From Ramazzottius varieornatus (lineage: Eukaryota > Animalia > Tardigrada), in contig BDGG01000003.1 of NCBI GenBank assembly GCA_001949185.1, forward strand, positions 2,587,158 to 2,651,157: a DNA stretch of 64,000 nt. The letters run 5' to 3'. The notes under the pieces were generated by a model, which saw only the letters and a list, made by a program, of their open reading frames with translations, made no database searches and was not told the origin of the DNA. Numbering within the stretch: the first letter of the stretch is position 1; each line of letters begins with the position of its first letter. A program made the position numbers and the translations under genes. Below, one piece after another: positions 22,021 to 34,879 of the stretch.

Positions 22021-22932
22021 AGTAGCCAGATGGGCGGAAAGACTCGTTGGTGTCTTTCTTCGGGACTCTTCCTCCTTAGCGGAACCCATAGCTTCGTTTC
22101 AACTTTTCAGTGGAATGTGTATCAGAGAGGTCCGCTTTCGACCTAGCTTCCACCCTGCTCACAGTTTACAGTTACTCGGTTCTAGCTTTGGGTTCGGTCG
22201 AGAGAAACAATGCGGAAAACTGGTCATAAGGGTTTTATACCTTTTCGACATCGAACGAAAGCGAGTTCGCGAACTTAGAGAGATTGAGCTGAAAGCTCAT
22301 TTCTGGAACGTGAACAACGAGTAATCAAATAAAGGACTGAAACATCTTTCTGCTGCAAAGACGAAGTAGACGAAGAACTATCTAAGAGAAATTCCGTAAA
22401 AAAAAGATCGAACCCTGTTCCGATGGGAAGACACATGGCCAAATCGGCAAAGAGCGAAGAAATGGGGCCGAAGCTCTACCAGTAAAATCCCATTAAGTTA
22501 GTTTCAGTAGAGCTGAGTACTCACAATCGGTTGGCTTCCGCAATCGGGAATAACCGGAGGAAACCAGCCCCTCTGGCAATTTATGAGCTGCTTCCGGTAT
22601 TCTTGCTTATGGTTATACAATGTACCTACTGTACGACGCACCTGGCAAACTTATTATAGAGATTAAGTTGCCACTACCGTTCACTTTGCAACTGTAGCTA
22701 CGGCCTTGCTCCGCACCTTTCGTGACGTGTAACTACAGTTTGCTTTACGGAGCTCTCCTTATTTTCGAAAAATAGCGTAATCGGAGTTATGGTTGGCTAG
22801 CATTGGGAAGCATGGTGGCTTCCCAACTATTCAAAGTTATGATCAGCTGCTGCGCTTATGAGTGACGTTGCAACTCATCTTAACTTAGCTACAGTGGGAC
22901 TTTCGTCTGGCGGTGGCAACTTAATGTCTGTA

Positions 22933-23308
22933 TTAACCGCCTAGCTGGTAACTGTGCACCTCTATGACATCGTCGTTCTCCATGCCCATAGACTAAGCGT
23001 ATCCTCATCATTCACTCGCTGACCTAAAATTAACAGCAAAGTTGCACCATCTTGCGAGCTGGTGGAAAAGTATCTTGGTTTTTACCGTCGTACTGAAATC
23101 GCAAAGGCATTACATCGACTCCCATCCGCTCAGCCAAGGTCTTCTTGAGTTTCATTCCCAGTAATGGGATGCTGTGAACACGGCGATGTAGGTAAATCTG
23201 TTTATGTCGACCACACTTGAGCCTGATGAATTCCTCTGCAGGTTCAGTATTCGCGTCACCAGCATTGTTGGCCAGCTTGGGTTTCACGTCCTGCTCGGCG
23301 CCAGACAT
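22933..23308 (-). pseudogene. Decayed duplicate of the SUMO gene at 27453-27942
   Basis: MSGAEQDVKP..EEFIRL..KLKKTLAERMGVDVMPLRFQYDG|intron|QRVNDEDT, then a 1-nt frameshift before [19 protein letters not shown]. The [14 protein letters not shown] segment is missing. Intron positions match the intact copy. Confidence 0.75.
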
Positions 23309-23879
23309 CTTGACGAAGAGAATCCAAGTTCGGCAACAGGTACAAGTCGACACTCCGCGAAGGGAACCGCTGCTTCTAGACGATCCCGACAGGACGATCA
23401 GCGTTCGGGCGGCGAACCACTAGCCGGCCTGGCCCGTACTCCGCGGGGTCCTGAGGGACGGATCTGTATCTCACTAGTCTACAGAGACGACAGCGCTGAG
23501 CGCCTACTGTAATGAATTTCGAAGAATTATGCTTGCAGCTTGCTGAGCTTGTGCGCGAGTTTTCCGATGTATGTGATATCTGAGGCTTTCGTCCACGGTT
23601 CTCTTGAGCAACACAATCGGCACATCCGGGATGGAATGGAGCGAGATAAAACGAGGACCGTAAGCACAGCCAGCGTGTGAGTAGACCTAATCAAGAATCA
23701 ATCGAGTTGTATGTAACGGTGCAACAGCGCCGTGCGATCCGATTAGCCAAATAACGGCATGGCTCCGCCCAGGCCAGCATCCAGTTCTTTGTTCGCCATT
23801 TTGCTTCGGAAATGAGCTTACAATACAGGCTTTCTCCGATCTTAAGCTTCTCTCTCTAGTCCACTGCACGCAATTTGAT

Positions 23880-23999
23880 TACTGTATACTCTCCCGAAAT
23901 TCACGTACGTCACTCCATTCAGAGTGTAAAACTAGAGAAAGAGTTCTCATACGGTGACCATAACAGTGACGTACGTGAATTTCAGGAGAGCATACAGTA
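23880..23999. mobile_element. ~120-bp hairpin/MITE (34-bp inverted arms, TA-flanked) just upstream of the Maelstrom ATG
   Basis: actgtatactctcccgaaattcacgtacgtcact (23881-23914) pairs with agtgacgtacgtgaatttcaggagagcatacagt (23965-23998). Confidence 0.75.
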
Positions 24000-24046
24000 C
24001 TGGTTTCAGTTGCAGGTGAACGGTCGGAAGTGGACGTTCGAACAAA

Positions 24047-25787
24047 ATGTCGCATGATGAGCTGTTCTCCCTGGATGAGATCAGCAAGAATCGAGTGCAG
24101 GCGGAGCCGAAATGGCAGCGCGAGGAGTTGACTCTGGAGCAACATCGCGATATTAACGAATGGGACCCTGGGCACAAGTTCGCCTACAAGTCCAAGGAGG
24201 GCGACAACGGGAATGGAAAATCCAGTGCGTACAGCATCTTCGTGAAGGAGATGGCGGCGAAAGACGGGCAAGGGTTCGTACCGCCGCGTGACAACAGCCG
24301 ATACGGACCCAGATGGGAGGTAAGACCCCGAAGAGGGACGGAGTACAACAAGCATGGTCGTTTGTTTATTTCAGGAAGAACATGACGATACTCTATGGGA
24401 TGACGTTGTCGGAAGGGTCAGGTGACTACGCCTACCACGTCTTTGTCGACCTGGACACCACCTTGATGGAGAACCCTCACGACGCGGAGGTTTGGCCTTG
24501 GGGATTCGGATTGCACGAGGACCGGATCCAGCCCGCCATAAAAGAGGCCTGGAATCAATGTAAGTAACCACTCATTTTGTCTTCTTGAATAAAAAAGAAT
24601 ACATACTTGGAACGTGGTCGAATGATTCGAGCCAGTTCGTTTTCCCCAGTGGCTCACACTTCAGGCCAAGAACAATGAGAATGTGCGCCACTTTGGATGA
24701 GGATTTGAGTACTGTTCATTTGCCTATGTCCTACTTGTACTGTATTTGTTGTTTCTTTTTATAGCTTTCTTCAAGCACAACATACCTTTTGTGAGGGCGA
24801 ACTTCGAAACGGAATCCAGAAAGGTCTTTCCGGTTATCTCGCATTTGAACAAGCACTACAATGGCTGGGATGAGCATGCTCGGAAGAAGCTTCCCTTCAA
24901 CAAGAACTATGCCGAGATCTACAAGACTATTGTAGAACTTGGTAGCGAGAATGCCACGAACGGCGAGCATCTTTTGGTCTTCACCAAGCTTCAAGAGGCC
25001 GAAATGGTCGAGCGATATCTGAAGTGGCTCCACGAACAAGCATTCAAGAAACTTGGAGCGGACAGCGGTAAATAACTTCCGGGCCTTCATTAGCAATAAT
25101 TATTTGTATCCTTTGCATTTCTACTTAATCTGGGAAAATATTACATTCTACTTTATGAAGTATTTGCAGTGCCGAAGGTCTCGTTTGAAGTTTGCTCGCT
25201 GGAGCATCTGGCTTGGCAAGCCGGAAGTATCTTGGGAATGGCGCCCACCGAGAAAACGATCGAACAGGCGCTCGCCAATCACTGTCAGACCGAAGATTTT
25301 CAGTTCAAGTAAGTCCACCAAACGTTTGGCGACTCGAGTTTGAAACACTTGTTGAGCTATAATAGGGAGAAAATATTGTGTATCTTCGAAACCGTTAAAG
25401 CAGCTCGTTTTAGATGCGGCTTTCACCAGAGCAAGCCTCCGTCCTTCATTTGTGCCCGTGCAGCGACTGTCACCAACGTGGAAGTTCGTTCTGGACGCTA
25501 GGGGTGTTAGTCGATTATCAAATTTATGTGTGATGTGCTTCAGGTTCAACCTTTCTGCCTTGCTGCTGCCGGCTTTCCAGTTGCCGCCAACGGAGAATCA
25601 CTTTCCTTATGGGGACACCGATATCCGAATGCCGTGGTTGGGAGCCTTTGGGAGAGCTAAAAAGAAGGCTGCAAAGGACCAAACCGATAGCTCTTCAGTT
25701 AACTTGATCATACTTTGTACTCCGGGAACCCTGAAGGAGGTTAGAGCCTCAGTAGACGAGTGTAGGTTTGGAAACGATGTGTCTTGA
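24047..25787 (+). CDS. mael: Maelstrom homologue (partial HMG box + MAEL domain), apparently internally deleted; may be a pseudogene
   Basis: Approximate exons 24047-24319, ~24378-24559, 24764-25066, 25170-25308, 25414-~25480, 25544-25787. HMG-like SAYSIFVKE..RWENMT. MAEL-like TLSEG..YHVFV..PWGF..HNIP..NYAEIY..LLVFT..VERYLKWL..VCSLEHL..CGFH..FICARA..LPPTENHFP. The 3' end is uncertain. Confidence 0.65.
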
Positions 25788-26249
25788 AGTATTTGCTGTG
25801 CGCTTGCAGGGAACTCTGTTGCACTCTTCTCACTTTTTGCTTTTCCGTCTTCGATCTCGCTGCTGTTACGTTAATTTTAACCCTTTTATGTTTTACAGAG
25901 CTTTTGCCCTACCGGGCTTTCTTGGTCGTTGTATGAAGTAGCTTGCGCTTGTTTAGCTGTCAAATTTTACCTCAAACCGATAAATAATAGAGAACTGCTC
26001 CGGGCCCAAAACATTGCATAACTAGAAAACGTGCTGAGAAAGACTGTGTTTATTCAATTGCCGGATTTTCAGACAGACATAAATTGACAATCTGACGGTG
26101 TCAACCAGATTTGTCCCAAGAATTCTGCCCGGAAGTATCTGTCGAGGCAGAGTTCCGTGGTGGTTCGCTAACGTGATGGCGTTTTGTACATGGCTCTTCG
26201 TCTTGGCTGTCTCGCTGAATTATCTCCACTGGGTCCTTTCAGGTGAGCC

Positions 26250-27002
26250 GTGTTCGACGCTGTGCTAATGTGCTGCTTGCAACATTGCAGAGCTTTTACA
26301 GAGGTAACCGTAAATGAGGAAGCTGGAGTGAGCGTCTTTAACGGTAGAAATGATCGAGAATCTTCCGCAACGGAAGTGGATCTTGGAGACGTCGCGGTGG
26401 CTCCCTCTATAGCGATCACACTGCCTCCACGAGAAGCCAAGACAAACAAGCTCGTTCGGAAAACTGCAGATCTTCTCCGGAAGTCCAACGAGCGTCTGTT
26501 CATGATCCCTGAGGACATTTTGCAAAGACTGGTAGACATCTCGGACCGTCTTCTCATACAGCCAACTCCTTCTCAGAGAAACAAAGTTAATGCTTTCACA
26601 GTGCGCCTGTTTCTAACCGTGGATTCCTCCAACGATCCGGATGGTACTGCGAGTAGTATTCGCTACCGCTATAGAACGCAAACTACCACCACATTTTACA
26701 CAGCTTCGCACGATGGTATGTAAGACTTGACGAGGAACTTCCTGGTTCCAGAACACCAATTAAGCTTTTCTGCGCACTCACTGCACTGTCGATTTGCAGA
26801 TGAGTTCCCAATGACCCATTCCTTGCCACCGAGTCGCCTCGAAGTTACTGCACCCATCGCCACTACGCTCAAGCTGACCACCATCCGCAACGACTCTCCC
26901 GTTACAGTGGAAATTACAACTTTCATGCCTATCCAGCTTTCTTCTGGATGGACTCAATCGTACGAAAAGACCGAGTTCAGATGGACCAAAATGATAGCGT
27001 AG
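26250..27002 (+). CDS. Hypothetical protein (two probable exons), unrecognised
   Basis: 157-aa and 91-aa open frames joined by a plausible intron (gtatgt ~26716 ... ttgcag ~26798). No recognisable motif; start unclear. Confidence 0.3.
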
Positions 27003-27452
27003 TGCAGCAGAATTTTATAAGAATACGCTGCTACAGTCGTTCTTTCATGAAACTCAGCGAAGTGACTGAAGTCCAAATTTGGAATCTGCTCAGACCAAGA
27101 TAGCCATACGTGGACAATACGATCCTACGGCCTCGGCGAACTGCGCGAGAACTCTCAGTCATATAGAGTTCCCCAAGTATACAAATAAGATTCTAACAAT
27201 CGAATGCTAAGAGCAAGCGGTAAACTATGGACAACAACTAATCGTAATGAACTAAAGCGACGACTGAGGAATTTGACTATCAAGCCTACTAACGGTGGGA
27301 AGGTGCGCGGCCGAGTAAACGGTGGCGGTGAAGAGATATGGCGGAAAGTCTGTGAGTACAAATTCTAGCATCAGTCTCGCTTCTCTCATGGAAATCAACG
27401 GGAAGATAAATTAGACGGAATCACCAATCAACCGAACACTTACCTGGCGGGA

Positions 27453-27942
27453 TTAGCAACCACCAACTTGCTCTTGATAGACTTCTATAACGTCGTCGTT
27501 TTCCATCTCCAAAGTTTGGGGTGTTTCGTGATCTTCCAGTCGCCGGCCTAAAAGCAACAAGTGCAACCATAATTAGCGAACTCGGGGCACAAGCCGTTGG
27601 CCATAGTCTTCCACGATGTTATACCCACCGTCAAAGAGGAATCGAAAGGAACCGACAGCAACTCCCATCCGGTCAGCGTAACTCTTCTTCAGCTTCCCAA
27701 GGGCCGTTGAGGATTTCACGCGGAAATGTACCTCGTTACTATCTTGTGAGACGACTCTGTGAAAACAACGAGATACGTTAGGCTAACGCCATGATTTCAA
27801 AACCAGTCCACGATCGACAAAAACAATGGTATGGTTAACATAACGCTTACCTGAGCTTGATGTACTCCTCTCCAGGCTCGTTCTTTGCCTCTCCGGCATT
27901 GCTGGCTGGGTTAGGCTTCGCTTCCTGCTCGTTGTCAGACAT
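27453..27942 (-). CDS. SUMO: Small ubiquitin-like modifier (104 aa), absent from the ORF track
   Basis: Exons 27942-27851, 27756-27629, 27547-27453: [104 protein letters not shown]. Confidence 0.95.
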
Positions 27943-28324
27943 CTTTGGCTTTGAGAAGATTTAGGTACGAAGAGAAGCCGACTTACTCCAGGCCCGATAG
28001 ACCGTTACCGCTCGTCTGTCCTGCAGGGACAGAGAGATCACCGTTTCGGGCAGAAGCTTGGGTTGGTAGATTCTCCAGGATAGCCGGGCCTCCAACCTGG
28101 AAACGGAAGCTCAAGAACAAAGCGCAGGGACACAGCTAAGATTGGATTCTGGAAGAAACCAGCTGGAATGGAAAATGTTTCGAAAGGAAAATGTAATTAA
28201 AATCGTGAAAATGTGCGATTCGGATCCCCAGGGGCGTCAAGAGAAATATTTTGGCTTTTGGGCCGGCCGTCGATGCAATTTTTCAGCCTCTGGTTGGACT
28301 TTGGAGGAGGACAATTGTGGCGGG

Positions 28325-28944
28325 TAGCGCTGGCAAAAGTACGATAAAGTTCGATACGATATATTTCGATATAATATCGGCGCATATTTTATTGCGGTCA
28401 TCAACATTTATTCGATATCAATATTTCGATACGATATTTTTCCGATACCGTATTTTCGATATATCTTATCATATCGCAGCGAAATATCTATATTTCTGGA
28501 ATTTTAGTTTTTCGGAATTCTACTGGTTCAAGCCCAAAAACTCAAGAAGCCGATCTCCACATAAGTATTAGTAAGATCGAGAGCGTTGGATGCAGCAAAG
28601 GCATGACTATACCAAGACTTCAAACACATGGAAACCTGGACAGAATTAGTACCAGAACCGAATGGGCGGAGTGTGCTCGGTACACCATGGCCGAAATCAA
28701 GTCTTTGAAATCAACCATGGTCTTCCGTATACGAGATATCACTGGCGAGTTTGCCATTCAGCAAAATACCGATATATCGAAAATACATCGATATGGCGCG
28801 ATACGATATCGCCGAACATTTTATTGCGTTAGTCGATCTGGGCTTCATATCGATATTTTCGATACGATATCTGACGCATATTTCATCGCAAAGATTCGAT
28901 ATATTTCGGTACGATATCGGTATACCGTATCGCTGCTAGCACTA
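28325..28944. mobile_element. Non-autonomous hAT-type element (620 bp)
   Basis: 8-bp target site duplication GTGGCGGG at 28317-28324 and 28945-28952. TIRs TAGCGCTGGCA / TGCTAGCACTA. Dense subterminal CGATA/TATCG repeats. Confidence 0.85.
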
Positions 28945-29040
28945 GTGGCGGGAGAGTAGTCAGGGTACGTGCGGTCCAGCCTGTGCTCATGTCCCCATTT
29001 TGGGCCATATGCCCGGCGAAAAATCAATTCTTAAATCATA

Positions 29041-29266
29041 TGGGCTGTGGGCAAGGTTCCTTAAAAGTCGGGTCATGGGGTAGAGGCACAGCTGATGTAA
29101 TTTAACAAGGGTAAGGAAGGGTTGCAGGTTTTTCATGAAAATTCTTGGCCTGCACATGGCAAGCCCCGGCCCCTACCCTTGAGCTACCCTGGCCCTTGTC
29201 TAAATATTGTCGATCATGTCTCTACGCCGTGACCCCAGACTTCTGAGGAGCTCTGCCCAGACTCCA
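29041..29266. mobile_element. MITE-like element, copy B (reverse complement of 12813-13040)
   Basis: Colinear similarity along its length to 12813-13040 in opposite orientation, with ~50-bp inverted ends. Confidence 0.75.
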
Positions 29267-29741
29267 GAGCCCATATCACCTAACTTAGAGAATTTTGCTT
29301 TCGAATCAAAAGTCACTGAATCAATCACTCAACAAAGGTACCTTGACGTCATTTTAGACTGAACCATCACATGACAGACACCATGGGATTAGGGGTACAA
29401 TTCGCGTCAGTTTTTGCGCAACATTAGGAAAGATCCAGTTAATCCCATTTCTAGATAACTTTTGACGTTTCCTTCACTTCCGTCTGTGTGGATCTTCGAC
29501 CGGAGTACTGCTTTCCGCTTTTTCACGACGAGTACGACAAGCACGCAGGAATTGGTAAGGGAGGAGGTTGTTCGGATCTGCCAAGGAATAGTAGAGCTCT
29601 CGTGATGGACTGGGACTTGAGAGATTCTGGTCCTTTTTCTTGCAGACGGAAAGCATCGCAAAGTGGATATCGCCTTGAAAATGCAAACGCCCGTCGAAGC
29701 CTAGACCCATCATCATCGACTGTAAACTCGAGATGCCTGCC

Positions 29742-30162
29742 ATGACGCAGCCGGAGCAAAAATCTGTCGATACGGACGCGGTGTATCTGACGGTTCGTCA
29801 CAAGAAGAAGACCATCATGTTCTTCTGCAAAGAATCGGACTCTATCCATCGCGTCAAGGTACGCGTTACTCTATTTTTTAAACTTCGTTTCATAGTTAAG
29901 CCTCTTTGTCCTGCAGAACACCCTTGCACCATTGGTGAAGGCGCGTCCGGAGAACCAGAAGCTGTACTATGGGACGACCGTGCTGACCGATGAGCGAGCT
30001 CTGCAAGACTGTGGCATCAACTCGGGCAACGCTAAGGCCCAGCAGCCCGTGGAACTGTACTTGTCCCTTCGTGAAGACGGTGGATACTTCGAAGATGTCG
30101 ATATTATGCCCTACTCTACTCCTCCTCCGCTGCCAGATGTGATGAAAGAGCACCAGAACTGA
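29742..30162 (+). CDS. ELOB: Elongin B
   Basis: Exons 29742-29858 and 29917-30162: VYLTVRHKKKTIMFFCKES..RPENQKLY..LQDCG..AKAQQP..PYSTPPPLPDVMK. Confidence 0.92.
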
Positions 30163-31208
30163 GTCTAACCCGCTGCTTTTAGTGTCAAAGCCTGCCTACG
30201 CGCGTAAGTCTGGAATGTTGCATACTCGCCTAAACATGCGTCGTTCTCAGTGAGCCTGTCTCGTATTGTGGAGAAATCCGATACTGTATTCTTTTTGCGC
30301 GATTAACTCGTTATCATATTGTTCAGCTTTTCACCGTTGCTGATTTTGTCGTTAACAGGAAGTTGCGCTGTTGCAAGGCTGTAGCCATCCCCTCAGATTT
30401 CATTTGCTGGATCGAAGTGGTTTTTGCGCTTACTAGCTTGGGTAAACTGATCGCCGCTTCTACTGGTCACGTTGCATTTTGAATACGTCGAATGAAACAT
30501 CTGGCAGCATAAGTTCCCGCAACTTCTTCCGTCTGCGCCTTCAGTCCGCAACCAGTTCCTCTGTAATTGCAGATAATTAGAAAGATTAAACTGAAGTCTC
30601 TAGTCAGGCGAGCATCGTAGCGTACCCTAATGCAGGAAAGTGTCTTGATTTTGGAGATGGAGATTTTTGAACTTCCTTGTCGGACTACGAATCGACGGCA
30701 ATACCCACTACAAGAGGTTCCTCGGAACTTCCTCCTGCGCCTCAACAGGAACATGGAGGTAAAATTTCGTCTCGTCTTGTATGGCACGGCAAAAGGTTTA
30801 CAACTGTACACCACAAAACTACCTGTTGATTCTCTTTTGTATCCGACAGCGAACGAAGTGTACCAGTGAGTGAATTGTAATCTGGAGTGCCTGGAGGTGT
30901 TACCTGGGCTCAATAGGTCGACTCGTTCGTACTTTAGACTCTGTTTTACGGCCTCATATACTCCATAGAAAGGACGGATTAGATTTGAATATACCATCAA
31001 CTCATTTTACGATGTGCACGACGTAAAGGCTCACGCATGGCCGACAATCAAAAAATGCATCGAAAATCAGGATTTACTGGTTCACAAATTACTGCTGTTA
31101 TGCAACGTGATCTGACGGCACCTTATTAATTTTCGTTTCCACATTGCAGGTGTGTTTCACCTCGTTCCTGATTTTATTTACTCAGCGACAAGCGTCCCTG
31201 GCGTCGGC

Positions 31209-33997
31209 ATGGATCCGGGCGAAACGCAAGATCCGTTACTCGTACCGATGAGAACGACCGCCTCTCAGGCTGTACCCTTCATTTCGACTATCATAATTGT
31301 TGTGCTCATCGCGAGATATCTTCTCCGGCGCCATTTCAACCAGCTTCGCCTACCTCCAGGCCCAAAAGGTGCGTGTTTTCCCGCAGGTCTACCGTACAGA
31401 TGCAATCTAATGGGATTTTCCATGTGCTATAATCATGCCGTTTGCCTTGTCAGCATTTTAACACCTTGAGCACGGGGCGGGAAACTCACTTTCCCTGCGC
31501 ACACTCATTTGTGCGTAGCGAGTTTCCAGTTTACCTTTTGCTCCCCGTTTCTTTCCGCTTGCCTGGACAATCAACCCTTCTTGAACCTAAAAGTAGCGGC
31601 TACTGGACACTGGCTCTGCAAACCTGTGTAGAATTTTTTTCCTTTCTTAACGGGATTTCGGCGTAGTCAGCAAATTACTTTCCAGCCAGGCTCTCAGTTA
31701 GTCCAGAGTCACCAAGATAACTGTTGCGCGAGCCCAAACATTTTAGTATCTTGCGACAGTTTCAGATTCGTGGAAAGATCTGCGCAGTGGTTATTAAAAA
31801 AACTTTGAAGCCTGGCCGTTTTGAGTTGGCCGGTGGCGCACTCTACATCATATTCCAAAATGTTGGCCAATCGATGAGGGTGTGATTGGTCTAATTTGGC
31901 ACCGCCCCCAAGTTTCAACCAGTTAAAACAAGATGAAAGTGACTTCCCCGCATCGTATTCTGAAAGCACGAAATCGCGCAGTGCTTAAGTTGTTAAACTG
32001 TAGTGCTAGTACAGTGTAGGCAAATAAGGTACTCTAAAAGAGGGCAAGGCCAAAATCGACGTGACGCAGAAAGCAAACAGCTGATCAAGCTGCAATCCAG
32101 AGACGTGAACTGCCGCTTGATCTGTTGATTACTTCGAGCCGGAGTTTCTACGTCACTTGTCGAAAACTCGATTTTGGCCCTCCCCTTTTAGAGTACCTTA
32201 TTTGCCTACACTGTACACATGCGCAGGTGAGCGGTGACAAGTTGTCATCTATGTTAATTCTGTTGGTTTTCAGGATGGCCCATCATCGGAAACCTTCTGG
32301 ACCTCGGTCGAAACCCCCATTTGAGCCTCACCGAAATGGCCAAGAAATACGGCAATGTGTTCCATATACGTTTCTCCACCGATCTCTGCTACGTTCTCAA
32401 CGACTATGACAGTATCAAGAAGGCCTTTTCCAATGACGCCTTCTCCGGGAGAATACGAGGAACAATCGTCGATCTCTTCACCAAAAACTACGGTAGGAAA
32501 AGTCCATTTCCCTCTAGGGATTCTGTCACACTCACACTCGGAGAATAAGGGCGCGGCCGGCTCTTCGATGGGAAATTCACTTACAGCAAAAGTGTCCCCA
32601 TTTGGCGGCTTGCAGGTCTGATTATGAGCGATGGTGAACTATGGAAGGAACACCGCCGATTCGCTCTTTCAACGCTGCGGGACCTCGGTATGGGCAAATC
32701 ATGGCTCCAAGAGCGCATCTTGGAAGAGGTCGAGCTCATGTTGCGCACCCTCGAGGACCAAAAGTCCCAGCCATATGATCCGGAGCACCTGGTGACTAAC
32801 AGTGTGTCCAACATAATTTGCGCCGCGGTATTTGGGAAGCGCTTCAATCACGACGATCAGGACTTTGCCACTTTGTTGCGGTTGCTCAAACAAAGCTTGA
32901 AGCGCTTCGGACAAGCCAGCCCAATCGTGCTTTTTCCGTCTCTTCGGTTCTTCCCGTATTTCTACCAAGAATACCGTCGCATGAAGGTGGAAGATAAGAT
33001 ATTCTTTGACAACATGGAGAAGATGATCGTTGAGGCAAGGAAGCCTTTGGACATCGTGCATGAAGAATTCACGACCGACTACGTCAATGCATTTGAGAAG
33101 GAGAAGCATAAGCAGAAGGAAAGCGGAAAACTGGACAGTACATTTGACAGTAAGAAAAGAATCCAGCTCCGTTATCATTCCCCGAATACAAAATCAATTT
33201 TGGCTGTTATCGTTTCACCAAACTTCTCTCCAGTGCGACAGCTCAAAACATCTGTGGGGAATATGTTCGTGGCCGGAACAGAGACTTCGTCGAACACACT
33301 GTTGATGGGTTTGCTTCACATGGTGGAGAACCCGGATATACTCGCAAAAGTGCAGGGCGAAATCGACTCTGTCGGTGGCAAAGGCGAAATGGTTCGAATG
33401 GAACATCGCGGTAAGGAGTTAAATTCTATAATGAAGCTTGTAAGCATCAGGAAGTGACGATGGTACCATGCCACAGTGCGACTTCCTTATGTGGACGCAT
33501 GCCTGCTCGAGTTGATGCGCATAGCCGCAGTGGCTCCCCTTGGAGTATTCCATCGCACCATGGAGAACACCACGCTGAATGGTTACGATCTGCCGAAGAA
33601 CACTCTGGTCATCTCCAACCTCTACGCTGTCCACCACGATCCACAGTTGTGGAAGAACCCAAAGAAGTTCGACCCAACACGCTTCATCGACAACGCCGGG
33701 AATTTCGTGAAATCGCCTTACGTCATTCCGTTTTCACTCGGTACAGTGGCGCATTTCCGGTTCACTTCACTATGGAAATCCCTGAAGGTGTCCTTGTAGC
33801 TTAACTCTTCTGCAGGTAAGAGAGCCTGTCTTGGAGAAAACCTCGCCCAGATGGAAATGTTCCTCTTCTTCACCAACCTCCTTCACAAGTTTGATCTCGT
33901 TGTACCCCAGGGTACGACAGTCTCGTCGGAGAATGTCCATGTGGCAGTAACCGTCAGTCCGAACCCCTATAAACTAATATTCCGACCGCGTTTTTAA
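31209..33997 (+). CDS. Cytochrome P450, CYP2 clan (microsomal)
   Basis: TM anchor, LPPGPK|GWPIIGNL, WKEHRRF, AGTETS, ELMR, FDPTRF and heme motif FSLGKRACLG across ~6 exons. Confidence 0.93.
32012..32213. mobile_element. Tc1/mariner-type MITE in CYP intron 1
   Basis: TA|CAGTGTAGGCAAATAAGGTACTCTAAAAG ... CTTTTAGAGTACCTTATTTGCCTACACTG|TA. Confidence 0.88.
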
Positions 33998-34567
33998 TGA
34001 TCGAAAATATTCGTTGCTCCATAAAATTATAGCGCGTTTACAGATTAATCTGAATAAACAAAACAAACGTTCAGTAAAACGATAAAATTCCACTTCGTAA
34101 AGAAAGCCATGACTACTTCCAGCAGCTTCCCCCAAGTTAACAAACGAATTATAAACGTTAAAAAGTTTGGCTTGTCAAGAATAATTCCCTACATTTCCGC
34201 TTGTCTACGCAGCTCTTCGAATACCAGGTTAAATCCTTCCACGTTTCTCAGTTCCATGATTCGTTTCTGGCTTTGTGGTCTGCAACACAATACCCGTCGC
34301 AATGTTAAAGTTTCACGTCGAGAATTTTCATGTACTTTATTTCCAGTATCAAAACTAGAGGTGCAGATGATTTACTTCGACAGATTTTGGTCTATCATCC
34401 CAATTTCACGAAGGGGGATGATCTCGCTATAAAGCAGATGCCTTATCAGCCAAGCCGTGGCACACAGCAGGTTCTCTTCCGTCGTCTGAGATTGCTCTGA
34501 CCCAACCTACAACATACTGGTCTGTTAATTTCCTGATTCCACTCAGTCCGAGAGTTAACTTATAAAA

Positions 34568-34879
34568 TGGGTATCGGCGGCCCAACTTTCATATCAACGA
34601 TTGCTGGCCAAAAAAGGTTCGGAAACGAGTTTATAGTTTTGGCACCCCAAGGGCAATCTTGAACTGCTAATGCGATCTAGTGTGTTAAACTTCGGAGTAC
34701 CAGATTCTGAAACCCATTTGGCCCTCTAGCCAGTGACCAGATGGCAACGTCCGGAAAGGATGAAGGGGTTCGAATTTTTAACTGAAGCAGCTTTGACGAC
34801 ATGGTGACGTCACGTAGCATGAAAATGCGTAGGTGGTCGTTCTGGCATCAAAGTATAAAAATTAGGCCGCCGACACCCA
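34568..34879. mobile_element. Degenerate MITE-like element (~26-bp imperfect inverted ends)
   Basis: tgggtatcggcggcccaactttcata pairs with tataaaaattaggccgccgacaccca. Confidence 0.5.

Noticed and set aside
28251-29027. Ile/Arg/Tyr/Asp-rich ORFs
   Set aside because: Translation artefacts of the CGATA repeats in the hAT element.
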